Origin: Enoplolaimus lenunculus
Lineage: Eukaryota
NCBI GenBank assembly: GCA_030248215.1
Contig: JASANG010004128.1
Coordinates: 62,001-126,000 of the forward strand
Direction of reading: 5' to 3'
DNA length: 64,000 nucleotides
A program made the translations under genes and the position numbers. The notes beneath the pieces are model-generated. The model saw only the letters and a list, made by a program, of their open reading frames with translations. It had not been told where the DNA came from and did no database searches. Below, piece by piece: positions 54,731 through 64,000 of this stretch; position 1 is the stretch's first letter; the number at the start of each line of letters is the position of its first letter.

Positions 54731-57700
54731 ATGGGTAGCTCTTTATAGATAAACGCGGGTCACAACAACAAATCTGGGACGCTCTAAAAATAGAAACGAC
54801 GGTTCATAGACACAGCGCACGTCGGCGCTGACAAATAATTGACTGGTTTCAGAAATTAAAGTTTAAAAACTTCGGTTACACCGCTTTCCTTTACAAAATC
54901 ATGACTACACAAATGTCAGATATTAAATGTTTATAGCCTATAAATCTGATATGTGTTTTTGTCTATCAGTTGCGTTTCAAGTGTGACCAAACTATTTCCG
55001 ATTGCAATATTTCACAACTAATTACATGAATTACCCACGTGGGACGTCTATAGAATACTGAGCGCCATGAAAAAAGGTTTTTAGTTATTCTCTGAATTCA
55101 CAGCGGATTAAAACACCCTTCACGTTAAACTTTGAAACCCAAAAATATAGAAAAGTGTAATAGCGGCGTTGTTTAAGTTTAATTCTGTACTGAAGATAAA
55201 AAGTCTGTTCTCCGGAAGTTCGAGGATGACCGCAGGAGCGGCGTTCAGTCTTCTCCGATATAATATTTTAGCCCGGTCTAAAACGGTTTGGCCCTCTAAG
55301 CATTATGAGCAATACAACGAACTCGAGAATGTCGATTGAATGTTGACATTACAGTATGAGGTTTTGCGCAACTCTGGCTCAATATATATTTGTATTTTAC
55401 ACGGCAAATCTTTTAATCAGTTGACTGAATCTACATAATGTGGGCTTTAATTAGCTAAATTGGTTACTCTGCCACATTTCGATAGACTTATATGACAATT
55501 GGTTCTTTTCAACGTTAATAAATGTCAGTAATTGCTGTAAATTTGTATTGTATAGCATATTATGTTGACCTGGCTGCTATTTAATTATAATGAGAACTAG
55601 TAAAATGATTGCAGCATTTGCAACCCCTACATCTTACTAACTAATTTGGATATTACGCACGTAATGTGAAAATCAACGGGAACGCTGTTTAAAATACGTA
55701 GGTGGGGCGTTTCAGCTTTAATAATATGATTTACCACTTGAATTGTCACGAAAATAGTTGTACAATGTAAATAGCCAATTATTTATTTAGCCACCTGAAA
55801 ATTTCAATTTGGCTGTTAGATATTTAAAGTTTCATCGGCATTGAAGTATTAAAAAATGGTGTTTATACAAAGCTGCAAAATACGTGTCGGAACACGTGAG
55901 CTGAAGTCGGCGAACTACAAATTGGTTGAAATACAGCCAGAACTGAATTAGAAGCTATTAGCGGCTTCAAAGCTTTAAATAATATTGCTTGAAGAGTTCA
56001 AACAATGTGCCGGAGCCGGAGCTCGATTTTCGACTTGCGTCCAAGCCATAAGCAGCTTTATGATTGTACCCTTACACCCAAGGGCTCCCTCCCCTCCAGC
56101 TAATCATGCTACTCATACAAATTATTCACTGTTTGATGTGTATACAATTATTGTCCCATCAATGGAGAACCAAACAGGGTTTAGACCCGTTCAATTTTCA
56201 TCTCACATCGGTCTGTTTAGCCTGACATTATAGCGGTGGCACATATGCACCAAACTAACATTACAAAAAATAGACACATTTTTTATCGTTTGGGTCTACG
56301 ATACATACTTATGCTGCGCTAATGTGCAGTGTGTATAAGATATCAGAGAGCGTTTTTTGGTTAACCGTACGTTTTTCAAGCGTCAAGTATAACCAATTTT
56401 TGCCATGGCGTGCAATTGAGGTATTTTGGTTCAAAAGTTAAGTTGTAGCTTGTATGTTTTGAAATTAATTGCAACTTTGTATAGACAGCATCGTCATAAA
56501 ATGTCTGTAAAAGCATAATACACACCCATCGCCTTCAATGCAGGCTCGCGGCCAAGTTTACTGCGTTGTTAATAAACTATGTCCTTAACAGAACATACTG
56601 AACAAACGCATTAAATTTCAACTAAATCACGCATTTTGTTAGTCACTTTCGTGCTTTCGGCCACGCCATCCGCTAATTGTCAGTGTAAAAATTTGCTGGC
56701 GTATGAGAATTTTTTCTCACTAAAAATAGACAGTTTAAGAAATTTTGACTTTAGTTCAAAATGATCAGTGCATTTGAAGCAAATTGATCCTGCAATACGC
56801 CAGAATTGCAAAAACCAGATTAAATTTTAGGCAAAGTTGGTAAATGTCAGAAAGTAAAAGGTCACTCATGTAAACGTTCATTCATCTATAGTTTTGCAGT
56901 AACATTAGTCATTCCGTTGGCGTTGCGCTAGACATCAGCACATCAATAAGCTGCTAGGCACGTGAAGGTGGGATCACATCCACATCAAGGTGTAAAAAGG
57001 ATAGTAAAAACTAACGGAAGCTGATAGCGATCAAAATAACTTAAACCGAAAACGGATATTGAAGTATTAAAGTTCAAATCGTTATGCATTTTTCGGACGC
57101 CGTGTTTTCTGTTGCAGAGGTAAACTGGTGCACGAACTATGCAACTTTGAGCAACTTGACAAAATTTCCACAATATTAAAATCAGGGTGTAACCGGATAT
57201 CATTTTCCGTTTTGTTATAGAAATACCAAAAATTTTTTTATTTTTACGCCTCAAAACTAGTTGAAAATTACGTAAGCATCTCAAAATTGTCCTTCATAGT
57301 TAAACCTATATATTTGTCAATTATTCATTACAAATATAGCAATTGTTCGATATGAAATAAAAATTACGAAATTTGTTCAAAGTGTTAAAAATTTCGGCGC
57401 GTCCGCTATTTTTGAAAATTTTAGAAAGATCGGTGAATTTTTGCATCGCTCAATTGTGTTGCCAAAAAATCAAGCATTTTTGAAACATTTATACTTCAAT
57501 ATTCGTTTTTCGTTTGCGTTTCCGTTTCCGTTATTTTCACTATATGTTTACACCCTAATTAACATGTCAAGCTAAGTACAGTTCACGTTTTAATCGGTCC
57601 ATGTTATTGGGACCTACCCACACAGGGAAGTAAAAACACCGGAAAGTTGCGGATCAAAGCAGGCCCACCGCACTACTGTATGGTTGCATAGCATGCTGGC

Positions 57701-58300
57701 GCTTTCGCGACCAGGGACACATGTATATAAGTTTAATAGAGGGGATATATTTCCACAAAATTTAATACCTACATCGTCGCATTGGATATGCATATAAACT
57801 CACTTTCTTATACCGCAACCCGAAATTGTTAGTAGAGGGTGTAAGAAGATTTAAATAATGGGTAGGGAGGGGACGAAAAACTTCTCGTAACACGAAATTC
57901 TCTAGCAAATTGGGGGTCTGCACTGTATGCAATACGTATGCACGTTTCGGCGGATTTTCTTACTGTCGCACTATTCAGATTTAAAAAATTTCAAAAACTG
58001 CAACTTTATCAAATCTTACCAAAATTGTTTTGACAGTAAACAGTTTTATTTTAATTTCATTACCATCACATAATTGCTGTCAATATTATTTTGTTACGAA
58101 GTTGTATTTTCTCCACGTGTTAAGTTATTTTAAACCCATTCGCTTTTTACAGACGATAAAAAAAAATATGTCTCAATAGCGTTTCACCGAAGTTTTTGCA
58201 TGCTTGAAGACTTAGCATTTCAAATAAATTTTACTTTGTAGATAATATTTTAGTAAGCTTATCGTTCGTTTCGTAGGATATGATTTAGGTTAATTAACAG

Positions 58301-59371
58301 ATTGGGCGTAGCTAGGATTTTTGTTTCGGAGGGCCTAACACAAATACTTTAAATATATAGTGTGTTAATCAATTTTCATCAAATAGCATGTGCAGCAAGG
58401 TGCAAAACGGAACTGGATTAAACAGCAATCGGAATCAAAACTACAAATTTTGTGACAATACGTATAATTTGTATTAACAAATATATTAATTTAGGGTATA
58501 TATCTGTTAGCTCGCAACAATTTTCAAAAACGTCGCATCATCATATTGGTAGTGTTTTTGATTCTGTAAAGCTAAACTACAATTAATTATTGTTATTTTC
58601 AAAATAAAACGGTAGTTTTGTATGTTTAGATGTTAAGATCGAGTGAATTTTTATTCAATTAAAATATGATTAAAATAAAATTGCAAAATTACGATTCGGA
58701 TTGATTATCGGAATTTTAAAAGCCTAAGACGCATGTTTTTGCTAATCCCAAGCAAAATATTCTTAACATTTAAGCATCCTCTACTGCGGTCTTGTGAGAA
58801 ACCAGGCCAGCGCATGCCAGTAGCACTCATTCAGGTGGTCAACGCAAGTATTTTTAGTCAGTGGCAATCTTCTTAACTGAACGTTTCGGTTATCTGAAAT
58901 AGAAACTCATTACGGATATAAGAATAAATATCCAGTAAAAAATTGCCGGATATCGGAATATGAAAACACATCCGATGCCCATGACTTCCTAACACAGTTT
59001 AACGGTGTTATTTAATGCCTTTTTATATGAAAAATCTCCCTTGCCTGATCCATGATAATGCAACGAATTGCCGTTGTTTGTAAACAGCTGTAATCAATGA
59101 AACTCGCAATAGTACGTGCGTCGGTTATGCAACAATTTTTGATCAAAATACACGGTACAAAAACAGTCACTACAAAAACAGCGCGTGAGAAAATAAATTT
59201 TGGTACATAAACCACAAAACGAAAGTCGGTTCAGTTAATAGGAAAACATCAGCAACTAGTGTGTGAGTGAAACGTACAGGACATCCTAGTTTCCATTTAT
59301 TCAAAAATGAAATGTTTTCAAAACCATTGGGGGCTATGGCCCCCTTGGCCTCCCCCATGGGTACGCCCTTG
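58301..59371. mobile_element. hAT-type element with 8-bp TSD ATTAACAG and nested inserts
   Basis: GGGCGTA...TACGCCC termini; ATTAACAG at 58293-58300 and 59372-59379. Confidence 0.65.
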
Positions 59372-59729
59372 ATTAACAGTCTTCATCGTTTAGCCAGCAA
59401 AGCATCGGTGTAGATAAATATGGCGGGAGGGAGTCGTGGACAAAACCGAAGACATATTTGAACATCAAATTTTATGCTGGTTTATAATTCAGGATTTTAG
59501 AGCTCTCCTTCTTTTTGCAGATAAGTGCTAATAAATAGGATATACAAAATTTAAAAACGTTAGTCGTTAGTTTGAGTAATCCCTCCTGTTTGTTTGCATT
59601 CTCTCTTGTGGATACAAAAGATATGTGCGATTAGTTGTTTAAACTTAAAGAACAAAATTGATTTCGGTTTCCAGAACTGCCTGCAATTATGATTGAAATG
59701 GCACCGCTATTAAACTGCAAAACTGTCTA

Positions 59730-60118
59730 CTGTAGTGAACCGAATAAGAGGGGGGCTGATATTTATTTGTCCTCTCCAGAGGGTACCCCTCTTTATTTTC
59801 AACCCGCCTTCCGCCACCTTTCGTTACTGATATTTATACGGTATTGAAACTATTCGTTGAATTAAACGTTTTTTGCCTTACATCAAAAGCTTGAACGATA
59901 ATGCAAGGTTTTACATACGAATTTAATTTCAAAACTTAAGTATGCTTTAGAACTCACTTTATGCACTACAATTAGGGATAATTGACATTTATGGACTCTA
60001 ATTAGGAGTTAGGGACAACATCCTTTTACGGACTCTTATTTGGAATACGGATTCCTATTGATTAGGACTCAAAATGGGGATCCCCTCTTATTACCCCCTA
60101 TTATTCGGGTCACTACAG
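59730..60118. mobile_element. TA-TSD MITE, uninterrupted copy
   Basis: TA-CTGTAGTGAACCGAATAA...TTATTCGGGTCACTACAG-TA. Confidence 0.85.
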
Positions 60119-62231
60119 TAGCGTACCTTAAGGCAACTCCTACATTAAAAAATAGTTGACAAGGTAAACGCTTGATAACATCTCAGTTTTGCTTGGTTTT
60201 ATTGAACGGTTTTTTGCGCACGAACCATTTAAAATGACAACCGATGCCTTCTATAAGAACAACTGTTGCTTTAGAAAAAATTGTTAATGGCTTTGAGACA
60301 GTAAGAGACACCCTTACCGTGGTGCACACATATGACGGGCAGGGATGGGCTTCGACAAAAAGCTTAAAGTGTTATGTTAATTGTCTTGTTACAGATTATT
60401 CTCGTTTCCGCAGTGCGTATTAAGTTATTACGTTTTCAACAATTTTTTGTTATTTTTCTTTGGAAAAATATCAACAAACTTTTATGATGTATTTTTTGTA
60501 AAGAATGTGACTCAGGTTGTATAACTTAAATGCGAAGTGGCGGACCCAGAAATTTTTGACATACGTGGCTCACACGACATGTAGTAGTGAAAATTTCGCG
60601 AGCGAAACGAGCGAAAGGCTAAATGGAAATGTTTTAGGTTTTTATCATTATTAGTGAACCTAAGCCTGCCTGGGTCCCCTTGAATCCGTCAGTTTGTATG
60701 CAGTAGTGTGCAGCTAAGAAATATTTGTTGTACAAGGCTGGCTCAGGGAACTTGTAACTACACATCGCCCGTGCCACTACAAATTACAGGCATGCGGCAT
60801 TTTTGATTTTATCGTACCTAATTTTCATTTGCCTTCTTCTATAAAGCTACATGGGCGTCCGTGGAAAATTATAATGAAGGGCACCGATATATTTTGGGAA
60901 CTTCAATTGCAATTCAAGATTGTTTACTTTTAGACTGAGTCTATCTGGGGGGCACCAGCGAAATTTGGGGGGGGCACAGCGCCTCAAGGCTCCTGTAGGG
61001 ACGATCTTGTAAAGCTTGCCAGTACTGCATTGTTTGCGGTGTGTACTTGAACACCGAGGTAGGACATTTTTACTACCTCTTTCATGTAACGGTTACTTCC
61101 CATTAAATTTAAGCAAACATTTTAAAGCTCAAAATTATGAGACAGAGGGCACACAACATCACTGCTCGGCAATATGATCTTAAAGCTCAAGCCTAATTTG
61201 GCTCTCTCCTTCATGTCTTTATGTCATGCCGGAATTGTGTTTGTGTACTGTTCTTACGGATAAAGTTGTTACACTGCGTATTGTGTAATATCACAGATGC
61301 AAATGGGTATGAGGTCCCAAAGGCATGCCGCCCCACATGTGGCAAAAATAGGGCAAAATTCAGAAGCCGAGTTTCTCTCAGTTTTGCAATTTTTAACTCA
61401 AAGATAAGCTAAAAAATTTTCTGCGGATTGAACGTTTTAAATCGTTATATTCATTGAATTTTTCTGTAAGTCGCTTGCTGAATTCAGTTTAAAACTGTGC
61501 TGAATAAGTAATAGGAAAGCAACACTAAAATGACTGAAATGTTATATTCATGATTTGTTCAGTGCAAAATTTCGTTGGGCAGGTGGAGCACGCGCTGTAA
61601 TCATTTCTGTGTACTATTTCGTCATACGGTTGACGAAGTGATTGCTTATTACAAATTCTGTGCAGGACAGCTTTAATAGCTTTTAAGAATATATCCTGGT
61701 TCAAAATATGGTTGACTAAATACAACCTAGCTATTGTACCTGAAGTGTCACTGATATGTATGATACAAAATAGCAGTGATCAGAACAAAATTTTTATCAA
61801 CAGGGGTAACTAATGGCTAATGCTTATTCTGCTGTTATGATGGTAAGTTGTAGAATTTGGCAGACAACGTTGGCAACAAAAACAAAACCAATTATTAGTT
61901 TATTACTACCGTTCCAGGTAAAAGCATAGTTTCATATGTTGAAATTTAACACCGAGAACAACATTAATGCGCAAAACTTTTTTGTGGCAATAAAACACAC
62001 AAAATGGTCCAAAATTACAAGTTTAACGCAGATGGTTGAAATGATTTTCATCCACTCGCGGAATATTTGCGAGTATAGAGTTCTTTATTTTAAGCACTCA
62101 AATCGCCACCCATCTTGCCATCTGTTTCCGATACGTTTGCAGCCTTTCATTGCGAACATATCAGATTCTGACATTTTAAACGGAAAAAGGCTTAAAATTC
62201 GATCGAAGCATTTGCATTTCAAGGAATCCTA

Positions 62232-62390
62232 CACTGTAAAAAATCAGGAGTCAAATCGACTCTCTTCGGAAATAGGCTTTTCCTGACTACACAAACCGAG
62301 TCAAATTTGACTCCGCCAAAGTCAAATTCGACTCACTGAGCGATTCAATGAATCGAATTTGACTCTGGCGGAGTCGAATTTTGACTCCGT
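62232..62390. mobile_element. Truncated copy of the 42777-43001 fold-back MITE
   Basis: Shares AAATAGGCTTTTCC.GACTACACAAAC.GAGTC and TTTGACTCTGGCGGAGTCGAATTT. Confidence 0.8.
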
Positions 62391-64000
62391 AATATCAATT
62401 TCGTTAAATTTTGTCTGTTTTGCAATATCAGCAGCGCATGGCGGTGATATGGAACAGAAGGTACGTTAATAACCATTGGTGCGTAGTTAAAAATGTGAAA
62501 ATTTTGTAACACTATATACACCTAAAAGATGTGTCGTTTAGAAACTTATGTGACAAAATGTAGTTGACGCCACAGCAAGTTTGCACCCATTATGCCACTG
62601 CGTATATACAACTGCGTTGTTCATCTCCTCCGAGATAACTCTGGCAGGGGTTTATCACTAGTCTTGGTACGAAATTGTATATTGATTACTGCACTAGTAT
62701 AGTTAAGCACAATTTCTAGTTTCTTGACAAAGTTCGGTTTCATGCAGGACGGCGCCCTGCTTAAATTCGATCTTTTTCAGTGGCATTTTTCTGGTCTGGG
62801 TGCCTCGAACCACATTGTCAAGTCCCTGCTTATAACACACAGTGTTCGAGCCATATTTTAAAATTCAAATTTGACTACGGAAGGATTATAGGAAGCTACG
62901 ATCATTAAATTTCAAACAGCACTATTTTTAGGCAAATTTAGGCTGGGGACAATAATGCATACCATCCAGTATTTTTTGTTTTGTTGATTTCAAGGCAATG
63001 CCACCAATACCAAGCTTGCTTTTTTATATCAAACGAAATACAATATTCATTTCGACTATATTAAATGGAAGTAGTTTTAGGTCTCTTTTTTACAAAAATG
63101 ATTGTACTAAATTTATTAATACTGGCGTACGGCCTTGCGATCAACTACTATAATGTTAATATTATTGGCAGGATTATATCATTCATTAAGATATTGCATT
63201 AATTTAGCTTTGTTTCTCGTTCGATACTGGCTGTAAAACAGCTTATCGGTGCAACATTAATCGGGTGTTCACTCCGTTAATACAGTTAGGATTAATTTTC
63301 TATGTGACCGAGCATGTAGCAAAACGTTGGCCAGGGTTGCATAGCTCTGCTAATAAAATTTTGACTCTCTCTAGAAATGTTTAACCTCTATTTCGAAATC
63401 TTGTGACATCAGCCACATACCTCTCTTAATATATACATTCTAACAGGTCCGCAGCTAGCTTAACCTACTGTATATCGGGGCAAAACAATATTAGGAGTGG
63501 CGTGCTGTTGAAATATCAAGTTTACTAGTGGGGCTACAACTGTTTACCTTTACGGGACAGAATTTTTCTAGGAGTAAAGACACTGAGTTCTCTGGGAACC
63601 CTTCTGATTACAGGTACATTCCATAGTTAATACAAATGCTCCAGTCGTTCATATCAAATATCTTAAAACCACTTACGGTGTAGTATCTCAGTTTATCTTA
63701 ATTTTTCTTCAACTTGTGTCAATTCTTCTCACTTGGCATATGCTTGACGGCTGTTAAAAGCTGACACGAGAGAAGAGCTAAGAAATAGACTGATAGCTAA
63801 CGCCAAGAGTAGCTGATGCCTATTTCAACAAGAGTGTGCAACTTCGCAGATTCTGTGCAGAACAGAATATACGGGCACGCATTGCGTTTTCCCCCTACCC
63901 CCACTTTATTTAGAGGGGGGTAAAACCTGTGCGTACCATGACACTTTATGTATCCGGCAACAAAAATTGCTCCGCTTCTAGTTTTAGGGTTATTGCATAA

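Noticed and set aside
62735..62795. Tc1/mariner transposase motif FMQDGA
   Set aside because: Only a few codons, with no extended frame or TIRs identified.
49400..64000. Host protein-coding exons in the distal 14 kb
   Set aside because: The short ORFs lack recognisable domains or consistent splice phases. The region looks intergenic or intronic with MITEs, though small exons could have been missed.

Overview
Eukaryotic, AT-rich, repeat-dense genomic DNA, most likely from a nematode. This rests on the UAF-1-like peptide VTCQTRRLYVGNIPFGCNE and many TTAGGC-type tracts. Acceptors are looser than C. elegans TTTTCAG and introns are long. Two intact, convergent intron-containing genes were assembled by hand: LIS1/lis-1 (+, 10 coding exons, 10618-23285, 415 aa) and U2AF65/uaf-1 (-, 12 coding exons, 37895-33103, 445 aa). 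The rest is mostly mobile DNA: an inverted pair of Penelope-like GIY-YIG fragments, a 5'-truncated GC-rich LINE, two tRNA-derived heads, Helentron-type HINEs, many hAT-type (8-bp TSD) and TA-TSD MITEs, and a 5-kb TIR element with a TTA TSD carrying decayed coding sequence. The most interesting signals are a 15-nt micro-exon in LIS1 intron 1 that both stops the normal frame and creates a new ATG across the splice junction, a candidate poison cassette exon in U2AF65 intron 2, motifs shared downstream of the two convergent poly(A) signals, ~10-bp periodic A/T patches at gene boundaries, and decayed USP-like and KDZ-like ORFs in the 38.7-45.3 kb block. Everything was read by eye; no searches were run.
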